A program made the position numbers and the translations under genes. From a virus (taxonomy: Duplodnaviria; Caudoviricetes): DNA of 52,432 bases. The stretch lies in the IMG/VR virus record IMGVR_UViG_3300043422_000208, positions 1 to 52,432 of that record. One strand, 5' to 3'. Each line of letters opens with the position of its first letter. Positions within the stretch are counted from its first letter, which is position 1. Positions 38,101 to 47,332 of the stretch are shown here, piece after piece. Below the pieces are notes generated by a model. The model had not been told where the DNA came from. It did not search any database and saw only the letters and a list, made by a program, of their open reading frames with translations.

Positions 38101-41100
38101 TGATGATGCTAAGTTGGAATTTCGCTTAGGTAATTCTGATCCTTTACAGGCTATAAGTGAATCTGTTAGTGAATTTGCAAAAGAAGCAAAAGCAATCTTA
38201 GCAAAAGCTACTGCTGAACTTTCTTCCCTCACCCCAGAAGAAAGAGCTTCTTTAAATGTCTATCAGTCTGCTTCTAAAAGAGCATTAAGTAGTGGTAAAG
38301 AAGAAGAAGTTGAGAAAGTTTTAGAAGAGTACAAACTTAGAAAACTAAAATCTGAAAACTCTATATATAACGATAAATTCGATACAATTACAAATCAACT
38401 AGGAAAAGGACAAGCAAAAGAAGATAATGGACTTAGGATTCAAGATCTAGCTATTGCATTCTACACTTTCTTTAATGGCTTATCTATGGCTTCTCAAGCT
38501 TTAGGTAACTTAGCTAAAGTTGCTTCTGCTTATGAGATTTCTTTAAATCGATTAACTGTATCTTCTGATGGAAGATTAAGTCAAGTTAGTAACGATGTAA
38601 GCTTTTCTGAAAGAGTATCTAATCAATTCTCTCAAAATAGACAAGAAGTTTTAAACACGGTAGCGGGTTACAAGATCGCTAACCCTACAACCTACGACAG
38701 ATTCGGAACTCAAGTTTCTAAACCTGTATCAGATGATGGTATTAACAAAATCATTCAAGGTTTAACCGCTGCTGGTGTAGCTAACCAAATCTCTGCTGCA
38801 CAAATGCAAGATGCTACTACTGCTGTTCAGCAAATGTTGAATAAAGGTGTAGTTCAATCTGAAGAATTGAAACGTCAGCTATCTAATACCATCCCTGGTG
38901 CATTTAACCTATTCGCGCAATCTCAAGGTGTTAGTCCTAGAGAATTAGAAGGAAGATTGAAAAGGTCTGAGGTAACTTCTGAGAATATTGTAGACTTTGG
39001 CGATTTACTTGATCGTATGTTTTCTGAAGCTGCTAAAAAAGCAACTTTGGTAAAATCAGTAAATACTCTTGTTAACAAATCTCAAGAAGTAGTACAATCT
39101 GGATCTGCTGTACCAGGAGCAATCACCCAAGGAATATTAGATGCTGGTGTCAATCCTCTAGTTGTAGGATTATCTAAAAATGCTGCTAGTGCTACTCCGG
39201 GATTATTGTTGATTGGCGGTACTGTAGGATTAAGTTTATTGGGAGGAATCATAGAGGGATTGAAAAAATCTGATGGAATTAATTCTATCGGAAAAGATAT
39301 CTTAGCTAAATTCTATTCTCAAAAAGACGGATTTACTTCTTTAGGTAGAGCTAGTGGTACTTTGTTTGGAGCTGCATTTTTAGCTAGTGTTGGATCTGCT
39401 GCTGGTGGTGAAGGTCTAGATAAATTGTTAGGCCGAGTAACTAAGAATATAGGAATTGGAATTGACAAGACTCTAAATGCTGCTACTGGTGGAAAACCTG
39501 AATCTGTAGGATCTGGAATATCTGCTGTTCAAAAGGCTACTCTAGGAAATGATATCGTTTCTCAGATTTTACCTCTTGCTGCTGGTCTCTATGGTGTTGC
39601 TCAATTAACAGGATATAAGCCTTCTTCTAAAGCACTAGACGATAGATTGGAGAGGATCAGAAAAAATTCTGATGGTAATTACCAAGTACCTTATACTAGA
39701 TTAGACACAAAGCAAGAAAAATCTTACAGCTTAGGTTTAATTGACGAAAAAACAAACTCAGAACATATTAAAAAATCTACTTCTGGAATTACAGGAGCAT
39801 TAAAAGGTACTGGAGAGTTCTTAGGCACAGCTATGATGTCTGCTGTTGCTGGATGGCCAATGATTCTATTAACGATTGGATCATCTATGGCTTTGTATGC
39901 TTTAGGTAATCAAAAGTTTGTAGATAGTTTTACTGAAAATGTAAAAGAGATTCTAATCAAACTAGAGAAAACTAAAAACGATATAGGTGTAAAACCATCT
40001 AAGCCTTTAACTGTTGATCAACTTGGAAACAGAGAAGTAGATCCTAATAATGGACAAACTAATAAATTTTTAGATTACCTAAGAAACATCCAAACAGATC
40101 AAGAAGCTTTTAATAGTGGAGATTTTAAAGCTCTTACTGATAGAGGATTAGCAGATAGATATAAAGAACTTAAAAAAATTAAAGATAATCCAGCCGATAA
40201 TCCTAACATTAGAATAAACCCAGTAGAGTTTTCTAAACTAGAAAGTGAAGTTAATCGAAGATTAAAAGGAGGACAACAAGTATCGACTGACTACAATAAA
40301 GTTTCTACTGATTATCAATTTGCACAATCTTCTGAAACTGCTAAAGGTATTGCAACATCTATAAAAGACATCTTAGCTCAAAACACTAGAAATCCTGTAG
40401 GAATGGATGCTCAAGGTGTAGATGCCCAGTCTAAGCTTACTGCTGCAATGGCTAAAAAACAGGAGATATATAACAAAGGAATCCTAACTAGGGAAGATGA
40501 AGATGCATTAGAAGCTCTTAATTCTGAAATTACAAAATATAACTCTATCTATAAAGAATCTGTTCGGAAATTTACTAAACGTACTACCGAGTTAGAAGAT
40601 ACTGTAAAACAAGCAGATAGCGCAATTGAAGAATATAAAAAAGTTCCTGAGAAATTCAAACAAACTAAGGAATACAGAGATACTTTATCTGAATTAGAAG
40701 GTAAAAGAGATCAGGCTAAAACACAATTAATAGCTTCTCGCAAAGAAACTGAAAGAGTCGATCCTGCTACACAAGCAGCTTTGGCAGCAGAAAAATTTGC
40801 TAGAAAAACTAACTACATTAGTGATCTGAATATCTCCCTAAATAGTGAAAAAGCTAGAGAGAGTAGAAAATCGGATATACAAAGATTGACAGAAGACAAT
40901 AATAGAGGAGCAGATAAAAGATCTGCTGATTTAACTTTTAGATTTGCTTCTGGTGATTTAAAAATTGCTGAAGAAAAATTAAAAGTAACTTCGGAATACT
41001 ACAAATCTCTATTCTTACTGCCTAAATCTTCTGAAACAGATAAAAACATAGAAGAAACTAGAACGAAAGTTTTAGAAGCTACTACAGCAGTTGAAGAAGC

Positions 41101-43942
41101 AAAAACTAAAAAAATTAAAGCTTATCTAGATAAAAGAATAGTATTTGAACAAAAAGCTATTGAGGAACTAGAGCTAAAAAGAACTAGGCAAGATCGTGCT
41201 TTAGGTGTTGTAGAATCTAAAGCTAGAGCTGTAGCGCCTACTAATGATTCTGGAGTTGATAACTATCTTAATAACTATAGATCTGCTAATACAAATCAAA
41301 GAGCTTTAGATCTACTTGTATCTCAAATAAAAGATCAAGAACAAATAGTAAGAAAAACGGAAATCAACCGTGAAGCTCAACAAGAAAAACTTCTTGACAT
41401 GAGAGCTGCTGCTGAAGCTAAAACTACAGAACTGTACTTATCTAATTTACAAAAAGTTAGATCTGAAATTGAAGCTTTAAACTCCATAGCTCAGTCTATC
41501 GTTGCTGCTGCTGTAGCTTTAAGAGATGTTAAGAAAAATCGAGATGATCAAAGAAGTAGTGAAATTGTCGGTAACTCTGTAAAGCCTAGATTAGGTGATC
41601 TCTACTCTACCGATATGTCTTTGGAGGAATCCAGACTAAGACTACAGAGAGCTAGGATCGATGCTAGATCTTTTCAACAAACAGGTCTTTCTGCGGAGTT
41701 CAACCTATTAAACAACGAGAGATCCAGACAAACTGGATTCGGTGAAGGTGGAAAAGTTGTTCCTCTTCAATCGCTAAGTGAGTCTACTCGAAAATACATC
41801 GAGTCTCTATCTCCTGAAGAAATTCAACAAGCTATTGTAGACGCTACAGCAGCTATGGGAGTTACTAAAGAGATATTAATGAGGCAAGGCACAGGAGCTG
41901 ATACCTCTGATCTTGAAGGTCAAAATAGTTTCAGAATCGGTAATTCTACTCCTCAATCTATTCAATCAGTTGAAGAAGGACAAAGTTTAATTAATTTCTT
42001 AAACTCTGCTAAAGCTTTTATTGAACAAAGACAATCTCAACAAGATAACATCAAAAAATTAGAATTAGACTTTAGAAACTTAGCTGTAGGTAAAGTAAAT
42101 ACTTACAACACTGTTGCTAAAGATACAAGAATAGCAAATGATAACACTGTAAACGATAATAAAGTAAAAGATCAAGAACAACAAGATGCATCTAACAACT
42201 TAAGAAATAGGTTAGCTTCTGCTGGAATAACTAATCCGATAAACACACTAGTTCTAGATATTAATGCTCAACTAGATAGGAATGAAACTGATGCTAAGAA
42301 AAGAGCAAATGCAAATATTGCTTCTAGAAGAGATGCAGATGAGAAAATTAAAAAAATCAATGCAGATTTTGAAGCATCTAGACAAGGTTTTATAGATGCT
42401 GGAATTTTACCAGAAGCAACAGCAGGTAAAAATCGTCAAATTGCTGAGATAAATAGAGGAGTACAAGTAAATCTACAAGTAGATAGAGGAGAAGCTATTA
42501 ATGCTCTTGTTCCATCTATTGCAGAATTATTTAATTCTCTTACTAGATCTCTTCCTAGACAAAGACAAATTCAAAACGATTACGAAGATAAAAGAATTGC
42601 AAGACAAGAAATTCTTACTAGTGCTAATGTAAATTCTGGGATGACTGAAGAAGACAGATCTAATCAAGACATTGCTAAAAAAGTCAGAGATTTTAATTAT
42701 TCTTTGGATGCTTCAGTCTTATCTATATCTCAAGAAGCAGCAATTCAGTTTAATAAAAAACCTGGAGATCCTAATGCTAGAGCTGATGTTTCTAGTATCT
42801 CTAAAAGATTATTAGAAACTAATGATCCATCTAAAATAAAACTAGGAAACACAATCAATGACATTTTAAGAGAATTAGGATCTAACGGACTTCTTACTGC
42901 TAATCAGCTTGCAGAACTAGTAGAGAAACTTAAAAAACTAGGTTTTACTGCTAAAGATGTTGCAGCTCTCCAAGAATCAGCAAGGATTAAAATTATTAGA
43001 GCTAGAAAACTAGCTTTAGATACTCAAGATCAAGATATATCTGAAGCTAGAGAGGAAATGAATCAAAAACAATCTGATCAAATTTCCCCTTATGTCTCTG
43101 ATCGAATTATGCGAATTAGAAACAGAGTTAAAGCTGAACAAATCAATAATAGAAGAAGACTAGCTTTAGATGCTATTGATCAAGATGAGGATAATGATAC
43201 CTCAGCTAGAACACCAGAAAGAGATAAGAAATACAACAATCGAAGAGAACTAGAAACCATTAAAGCTCAAACTCAGCTTAATGATCTACAATCTCCATCC
43301 AGAAAATTAGCTAAAGATATGGCTGAAATTCTCCGTAGTGGATTAAAATTCTCTCAAGTATTTCGAGAAGCGTTATCTGATGGAAAATGGGGTGATGCTT
43401 TAAAGAAAATGTTCGGAGGTATTTTAGACAGTATCGCTGATTACTTTTCTAATAAAGCTGCTGATGCTCTCAGCAAAGCTTTAGGATCTATGCTTGATCA
43501 AGTATTAGCCTCTATCAATTTTGGAGGAATAGGCAAAGTATTCGGGTTCAGTACTGGAATGTTACCTTCTAAAGCCACTGGAGACTTTGAGCCTATCCAT
43601 GGATCTTCCCTACCTAACACTCCTTCACAGGATTATAGAGAACCGACCAGATCTAAATTTGCTATGATCAACGGTCAAGCATCTATCGTAAATGCTACGG
43701 AATGGGTTGTCTCTGGTGCAGATGCTCATGGGTTTGTGAAATATAAGCAAGAGGAGAATAACAGAAAACAAAATGAAGCTGTTCAATCGATTTACTCTTC
43801 TAATATAAATAATACTTCTAATTCAAATTCAACAACAAATCATAACTACTTAATTCAAGAAGACACATTTAAAAGATCTGCTTCTACAAATATCGTAATT
43901 AATGATAGAGAAGAGGCAAATCGTAGAAGATTTAAAAGATAA
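32105..43942 (+). CDS. tape measure protein (3945 aa)
   Basis: Tape-measure domain AVQQMLNKGVVQSEELKRQL..IPGAF, a Gly/Ala hydrophobic region, long coiled coils and a lambda-H-like C-terminus. Confidence 0.88.
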   Translation: MAYQINIDVNSQKLSSVSGAITESVSKIEAAVGKLVTQTNEAGKVKVENLNVDIEKIKTSLSSLAGEINSVKLAESLNKLESAIQNVTIKFSEINVDSSAISRTINEELAKIKITVSDVALDLKTDITKALKTEGTITVGAMQLNLKSLIQTAVNKEGVISVSNFSLNLAEVIQSELARKITIKDLALELPVDEITSAISIENAANFGKVINDAINRLSSRIATEVTELKLFSESTITVGNVDLTKSIQEKLDSVEINIDRILLGELINQRLQQQGIVLDEISIDLNPLIGAKLAEIKFAEIDTSLFVTEVSNYIQKVATAIKNSSIETAKPVDVEPVAISTSNTKKAIEAAIEVQEIVLNLQKLIQAEVTAKTTINPAVLKLQGFLDRELAKVNTLTSDIKVSQNIPSGVEAVVDTSEVNTEIKIISEEPNILQADIDLTGINKQVNLISEEPHNIEAEVTTTGVNNQVNLIADLSSNVEADVKATIDTTNVNPQVDLIHEPTTTLQARINTADVNTTVNLSSSAPINIDTTPVSPDVQLVSSGTSIIPAVVDLTGVNRDVKLVSSEVNILPADIDVTEINKKVNLVSEETVRINVDMPNAALTALGFIGDVDNIAQELIDTFRGITQLLTSQLSSITVDLDPLRNSFQITIDRISGLIRSIELPDTGSGYEPIEQPIVPLSGSQQKTNDITNLFSGAIADQEEIIRLAQEGGDPKTNKEIQKLIKGKIDKLGQMLNLLSEIELPDPASLMQIATEFSNLKQLANTSMSSNTKGSFSSVLGVKAGGKANSDQAKAYEAVYTPVGQLPTDKINNLDLIPNLQKSRLTDRVKQIEAGTKPADFYAASGESGRFTPSEMQARNENAAGGFYTTASQELAEIRKEAHKAFENFKKENLQEYEKFISELHQQYAIKGSLFTRPTGDIKNFVERYPYLAKQELNAYKEITPWQNNNPESSVEPMDWETETKAEDIKPSTDSKTRVTNKIVEILNKDISDIFSDVASKLTAKQNKISVTNDPTYYANNDLEYTPSSELPGEATLNSPLNFRVSDTGDIDQKTLDFQNAEEILRVREEAIQAALDASVVETPNLNVPSRPIIENSFDDEDFATVTIDEVSEPVVPRKVREAATLADQAIDEAIKVYAALKQQLKGLVKQGQIVDIDQLSEAFKNIPSGERKNKKREELKTDKEFFKTANQKTDLAAQANDLVSQAQEFINSGQGDPAAIKAAIGKILSNPNFKAARKLLKDAVKGIERELDRLDTVPADASEGAGMTKTKYGEMLNQKITAFKEKLRQVETEIVKKVNDVGEAIIPDVNGLIAAFNDLFPSQQKNEELPFVKTRNKANQRIEEINTPVQATTDETRKNSLSIKSYEISSSILDGVKVTDEAFNDLLAIANSFEDEVKKAAAIVKAKRKINEGKKSNSKIDELNNGDGGDGDGGDSDGDGGMDPEDPNFNYKAGLARKQIRIGERPDILDLNSAVNSEYDNLDAEDIRLKDIQKQQSILLKNLRENVATAKRQIAQNFDGVDISLPDFNEAGITNRDQQLGISDKILNIQHAFEQWWDNHDLKQAKGDDPALNNSIAKIKTKIALGEDSGGNNQDITDQINKLDQTNDEVKKLIQFRQKEAKAELKRFLQSEILKSNNEIRTIGQYTSDFSYFAGKGLDEELTKALLDLEQAKAKALKKATEENPEFAKELARQKRNLTLGKEVSFSMLDSLAENSDQKQKVDILEKSTNNKELKQAIDQSIKTGNTGSLEALVVNDLEGAKEALDDVLKSLSEDRISNYIKSVKQFKRALAVGVDTSAEVAKAKNKLSYEESQNPDVLIADGDLQKTKQKQRLKELVINKDYDALQAGADSGLEGYSKALNALKKSQENLGRRYSDYVKEINALIAQNRVFEAESKLNTLKGFRGLSVGQKESLNALSGKISSKSDNAQLADVRDAIAAEKIRNIRGLTPDQNNVSAINRSRTFNDDSKATELDTIVNEYKKWAAKEKRALQKATFDDAKLEFRLGNSDPLQAISESVSEFAKEAKAILAKATAELSSLTPEERASLNVYQSASKRALSSGKEEEVEKVLEEYKLRKLKSENSIYNDKFDTITNQLGKGQAKEDNGLRIQDLAIAFYTFFNGLSMASQALGNLAKVASAYEISLNRLTVSSDGRLSQVSNDVSFSERVSNQFSQNRQEVLNTVAGYKIANPTTYDRFGTQVSKPVSDDGINKIIQGLTAAGVANQISAAQMQDATTAVQQMLNKGVVQSEELKRQLSNTIPGAFNLFAQSQGVSPRELEGRLKRSEVTSENIVDFGDLLDRMFSEAAKKATLVKSVNTLVNKSQEVVQSGSAVPGAITQGILDAGVNPLVVGLSKNAASATPGLLLIGGTVGLSLLGGIIEGLKKSDGINSIGKDILAKFYSQKDGFTSLGRASGTLFGAAFLASVGSAAGGEGLDKLLGRVTKNIGIGIDKTLNAATGGKPESVGSGISAVQKATLGNDIVSQILPLAAGLYGVAQLTGYKPSSKALDDRLERIRKNSDGNYQVPYTRLDTKQEKSYSLGLIDEKTNSEHIKKSTSGITGALKGTGEFLGTAMMSAVAGWPMILLTIGSSMALYALGNQKFVDSFTENVKEILIKLEKTKNDIGVKPSKPLTVDQLGNREVDPNNGQTNKFLDYLRNIQTDQEAFNSGDFKALTDRGLADRYKELKKIKDNPADNPNIRINPVEFSKLESEVNRRLKGGQQVSTDYNKVSTDYQFAQSSETAKGIATSIKDILAQNTRNPVGMDAQGVDAQSKLTAAMAKKQEIYNKGILTREDEDALEALNSEITKYNSIYKESVRKFTKRTTELEDTVKQADSAIEEYKKVPEKFKQTKEYRDTLSELEGKRDQAKTQLIASRKETERVDPATQAALAAEKFARKTNYISDLNISLNSEKARESRKSDIQRLTEDNNRGADKRSADLTFRFASGDLKIAEEKLKVTSEYYKSLFLLPKSSETDKNIEETRTKVLEATTAVEEAKTKKIKAYLDKRIVFEQKAIEELELKRTRQDRALGVVESKARAVAPTNDSGVDNYLNNYRSANTNQRALDLLVSQIKDQEQIVRKTEINREAQQEKLLDMRAAAEAKTTELYLSNLQKVRSEIEALNSIAQSIVAAAVALRDVKKNRDDQRSSEIVGNSVKPRLGDLYSTDMSLEESRLRLQRARIDARSFQQTGLSAEFNLLNNERSRQTGFGEGGKVVPLQSLSESTRKYIESLSPEEIQQAIVDATAAMGVTKEILMRQGTGADTSDLEGQNSFRIGNSTPQSIQSVEEGQSLINFLNSAKAFIEQRQSQQDNIKKLELDFRNLAVGKVNTYNTVAKDTRIANDNTVNDNKVKDQEQQDASNNLRNRLASAGITNPINTLVLDINAQLDRNETDAKKRANANIASRRDADEKIKKINADFEASRQGFIDAGILPEATAGKNRQIAEINRGVQVNLQVDRGEAINALVPSIAELFNSLTRSLPRQRQIQNDYEDKRIARQEILTSANVNSGMTEEDRSNQDIAKKVRDFNYSLDASVLSISQEAAIQFNKKPGDPNARADVSSISKRLLETNDPSKIKLGNTINDILRELGSNGLLTANQLAELVEKLKKLGFTAKDVAALQESARIKIIRARKLALDTQDQDISEAREEMNQKQSDQISPYVSDRIMRIRNRVKAEQINNRRRLALDAIDQDEDNDTSARTPERDKKYNNRRELETIKAQTQLNDLQSPSRKLAKDMAEILRSGLKFSQVFREALSDGKWGDALKKMFGGILDSIADYFSNKAADALSKALGSMLDQVLASINFGGIGKVFGFSTGMLPSKATGDFEPIHGSSLPNTPSQDYREPTRSKFAMINGQASIVNATEWVVSGADAHGFVKYKQEENNRKQNEAVQSIYSSNINNTSNSNSTTNHNYLIQEDTFKRSASTNIVINDREEANRRRFKR
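33347..33898 (+). repeat. about eight degenerate ~23-aa protein repeats in the tape measure N-terminal region
   Basis: ID(T/L)T.VN..V.L.SEE...(L/I).A repeated. Confidence 0.8.
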
Positions 43943-43947
43943 GTAAT

Positions 43948-43982
43948 AAAAAAAAAATGGAGGTATCAGCACCTCCGTTTTT
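43948..43982. terminator. bidirectional terminator
   Basis: A-run, AAATGGAGGT/ACCTCCGTTT stem and T-run between convergent genes. Confidence 0.8.
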
Positions 43983-43983
43983 C

Positions 43984-44454
43984 TTATTTTTTATAAAAAG
44001 AAACTTTAATCAATTCCCTTTCTTCCAAAGGTTTTAAATCAAAATCTCCACCTTTATCAGATAGACCTTTAAGTAGCATTGATGATCTACAGATCCTAGA
44101 ATAATAAGAATAAACCTTATTAAGCTCTTTTTGAGGAATACCTTCTAAAGTAAGTTTTAATTTCTTTGTTTCTTTAAAGATATAATTTCTTCTATCTAGA
44201 ACTTTCTTTCTCAAATGTTGAGGACAAATAGTGTAAAAATGAATTAAACTATCAATAGGAATAATGTGTGGAAATATTCTATCTGTCTGTTCCTCCCTTT
44301 TTAGTTTTTTAAAATCTGGTGGTAGTTCTAGATTAAATTTCCTTTGAAACAATCCTAAAACTTCTTTTCCATCGATGATGCAAGTCTTCCTATACTGAAG
44401 AAAGTAATAAGAAGAATAAGAAAATAATGCAGATCCCTCTTCTCTGATTTTCAA
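43984..44454 (-). CDS. hypothetical basic protein
   Basis: 156-aa ORF with a TTG start overlapping the upstream stop. Confidence 0.55.
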   Translation of the reverse strand: MKIREEGSALFSYSSYYFLQYRKTCIIDGKEVLGLFQRKFNLELPPDFKKLKREEQTDRIFPHIIPIDSLIHFYTICPQHLRKKVLDRRNYIFKETKKLKLTLEGIPQKELNKVYSYYSRICRSSMLLKGLSDKGGDFDLKPLEERELIKVSFYKK

Positions 44455-44720
44455 AATGGTATACTCCTAGTGTTTATCTCATCTTCTATTTTTGGAAGTA
44501 GCATGTGGAGAGACAAAAATTCTTGACAAACTTGATAGAAATATTCCAAATACTGATCAGAAAATTCTATAGAGTTTTCAATTTGTTTTTTCCTTAACTG
44601 CTGCTCCCAATAAAAATTAGTCTGTAGAAACAAAACAAATTCTTCACTGAGATCATCCATAGTGTCTACCCAAGGCACAACATCACAAATTAACTCGATT
44701 TCTATATCTGTAAATTCCAT
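44451..44720 (-). CDS. hypothetical acidic protein
   Basis: 89-aa ORF in the operon. Confidence 0.55.
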   Translation of the reverse strand: MEFTDIEIELICDVVPWVDTMDDLSEEFVLFLQTNFYWEQQLRKKQIENSIEFSDQYLEYFYQVCQEFLSLHMLLPKIEDEINTRSIPF

Positions 44721-44721
44721 A

Positions 44722-45252
44722 CTATCTGATATATATATGAGTAGAGTTTACAATTACATCGTAAATTCCTGCTGTTAACACCAAAGAAGTTCCAATCAAT
44801 GTTAATGAAGAGGTTAGAGTTAGTGTAGATCCACTAGTAACTAGAATCCGATAAGACTGATAAAGAGGAGTATTAGGAACTGCCATTGTTACACTAGCAG
44901 AGACTACTGTTAATACTCCTTCCTTCAGTATATCATTTTTCCAATCGGTAGAATCTGTATAGTATCCACCTAGCACTAAATCAGAAACAGGTACAACAAT
45001 ATTTGGAGTAGCACCTCCATCAGTATAATATAACAAATCTCCACCATGACCAGCTAAGATACCAGATCCACCACTAGCGATAAGATACAGTACTCCATCT
45101 AAAGGAGAGATAGGAACTGCTGTAATAGGTGTTGGGAATACTCTAGCAAATACTAAAGAGTCTAAAAATTTAATTACGTCGTTTATAGAATCGTATTTAT
45201 TAAGCTGGGCATTAGTTAAATACGGAATATTCAAAAAAACTGAATTTGCCAC
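44722..45252 (-). CDS. DUF2793-like minor tail/fiber adaptor protein
   Basis: LNIPYL..AQ.NK...IND....LD.LV, P..P..G..YLI..G.SG..AGH. Confidence 0.7.
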   Translation of the reverse strand: MANSVFLNIPYLTNAQLNKYDSINDVIKFLDSLVFARVFPTPITAVPISPLDGVLYLIASGGSGILAGHGGDLLYYTDGGATPNIVVPVSDLVLGGYYTDSTDWKNDILKEGVLTVVSASVTMAVPNTPLYQSYRILVTSGSTLTLTSSLTLIGTSLVLTAGIYDVIVNSTHIYIR

Positions 45253-45662
45253 TAATTAAACCTCGAATCATCTTTACAAAACAATTCAGCAGCTTTACCA
45301 GATAAAGAAGAAGCAATAGCTATAGATTCCATATCTCCATAATCTAAACTTAATTGTCCATTACCAGAAATAGCAGGAATAAATTTAAGTAATTTCACAG
45401 AAAAAATAGTCTTAGAATTGCTTAATTCTTTTTTAATAAACTCAAAATTACCTTTTGTAATGCCTACCGTAACCCCATATTTAGAACACATGATTACTTC
45501 ACTTGCTAATTCTGAACGATCCATAAAAGAGATAGTTCCTGGAGATCCATTTTCAGTATTAAAATCTCCTTCTGTTAAAGATTTATCTACTAACTGTAAA
45601 AGAAGGGCACCATAAACAATAGGCTCTTCTGTTTCTTGAGTTTCTACATTTTTAGTTGTCAT
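45252..45662 (-). CDS. hypothetical protein
   Basis: 136-aa ORF with AAGGA Shine-Dalgarno. Confidence 0.6.
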   Translation of the reverse strand: MTTKNVETQETEEPIVYGALLLQLVDKSLTEGDFNTENGSPGTISFMDRSELASEVIMCSKYGVTVGITKGNFEFIKKELSNSKTIFSVKLLKFIPAISGNGQLSLDYGDMESIAIASSLSGKAAELFCKDDSRFN

Positions 45663-45726
45663 GATTTAATCCTTTTTAATTTTTAGAGGTAGTGTCAATT
45701 ATTATAAACACTACCTGATTACTTAC

Positions 45727-46725
45727 TTAAACTGCTACTTCTTTCTTAGCTTCATTCAATTTAGCTAAATGTGCATCAACTTCTTTTTGAGAGGCGATAA
45801 GGAAAGAGTAGGATTTATAAGGATTCTGCTTTTCTTTAGAGACTTTATCCACAGCTTTACTACATTTTACCCAAATTGGTAGCTTATTAGCTGCTTTAAG
45901 CAATTTAGTTAGTTGAGGTTCTGACCAGTAATCATTACCATTAATAGTGATTTTGACAATATACCCCGATCCATCCTTCTTAGTTTTAGCGCTGTAATCA
46001 TCAATAAGGTAAATTCCTCCAACCTCCAATTCTAGTTTTTCAATAGAGCCACCAGAAATACTAATCTCTCTCTTTCCAAAGAAAATTTTTCCTTCTTTCA
46101 GAGTAACAATATCACCATTTTTTACGATATCTTTTTCAACAATAACAGAAAATTCACCTAAATCTAGTAAAGTTGAATTTTTAAGATTAGATGTATCTCT
46201 AACAGTAAAATCACCTTCTTGACCATCTGCTGGAATAGGAAAATAGACTGCTGTTACTGATGCTGGCTTAGGGTAAATAATCTTTTTAGAGTACCCTTCT
46301 TCCCCAAATTCACCTTCTTCAACTATGCTAATCTTGCTAGCAGAGTTGATATCTTTTGCCTTTGCACCAGATCGAAGCAAGGTAGAAAATTCAATAACAT
46401 CTTCTTCACCATCGATTTCTAAAGTATAAGTTAAACCGTACCAGAGTTCTTTATTTGTACCTTCATTTTGTTTTACAGTTACTTGATCTGTAACAATAGG
46501 GTAGAAATCACCAAAAATTGTAATACCTAAAACACCTGCTTTATGGCCAATAGATGGGAAAAATGGATTTTCACACAAATAAGAAATACCGATGGTCTTC
46601 GGAACTTCAGCAATCTCAAGTAAAACCTGAGCTGCATTGACGATTGTAGGATTGTCCTCTGTAGCCAAAGAAGGATTCTCACGAAGAACCTTCAACATAT
46701 CACGCAAACTAACTAAAACTGCCAT
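45727..46725 (-). CDS. hypothetical protein, possibly ssDNA-binding
   Basis: Own promoter, near the polymerase, beta/OB-like composition; the function is a guess. Confidence 0.4.
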   Translation of the reverse strand: MAVLVSLRDMLKVLRENPSLATEDNPTIVNAAQVLLEIAEVPKTIGISYLCENPFFPSIGHKAGVLGITIFGDFYPIVTDQVTVKQNEGTNKELWYGLTYTLEIDGEEDVIEFSTLLRSGAKAKDINSASKISIVEEGEFGEEGYSKKIIYPKPASVTAVYFPIPADGQEGDFTVRDTSNLKNSTLLDLGEFSVIVEKDIVKNGDIVTLKEGKIFFGKREISISGGSIEKLELEVGGIYLIDDYSAKTKKDGSGYIVKITINGNDYWSEPQLTKLLKAANKLPIWVKCSKAVDKVSKEKQNPYKSYSFLIASQKEVDAHLAKLNEAKKEVAV

Positions 46726-46807
46726 TTTGTTTTCTCTTTATTAATTTTAGGTGGCTTATTTATTTGCCAGTGATAACACTGTAACATAAAATAATTGACA
46801 ATACAAG

Positions 46808-47323
46808 CTATTTCAAATAAATTCTTTTATGATACATTGGCCTTAAATTAGGAATATTGAACTCTTTTGGTACATACACACCCGTCTCTACTTTATCTTT
46901 AAAAGTAGAATAAAGTGTTCTAAGCGCTTGATGATACTGTTCAATATCTTCAAAGTTATCTTTATTTATTTCTATAAAAAAAGGTTTTCCTGTTATCGGA
47001 TGTTCTTTTCTATAGATTTCACCAGTTTCTATTTCCAAAGATGTCCTAATTATCTTCTTTTTAAAACGATAAGATAGGTTTTCTTCTGGATTTAAGATCT
47101 GCACTCCTACTACTGATTCCTCATCTACACTAAAAACAGATTCATAAAAATACTTTAAGTATTCTTGAAAATATAAATACACATTAAAAGGACTTTTAGG
47201 ATTATCATAATCTTTAAAATCAATCAAAAACATTAAAAATCCACCATCCGTACAAGATGTCAAATTAAATTTCTGTAGAAGAATAAATTTCCTAACTAAA
47301 AATTCTTTGTTAAATGAAATCAT
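46808..47323 (-). CDS. hypothetical protein
   Basis: 171-aa ORF with GAGG Shine-Dalgarno, downstream of the polymerase. Confidence 0.6.
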   Translation of the reverse strand: MISFNKEFLVRKFILLQKFNLTSCTDGGFLMFLIDFKDYDNPKSPFNVYLYFQEYLKYFYESVFSVDEESVVGVQILNPEENLSYRFKKKIIRTSLEIETGEIYRKEHPITGKPFFIEINKDNFEDIEQYHQALRTLYSTFKDKVETGVYVPKEFNIPNLRPMYHKRIYLK

Positions 47324-47332
47324 AAATACCTC

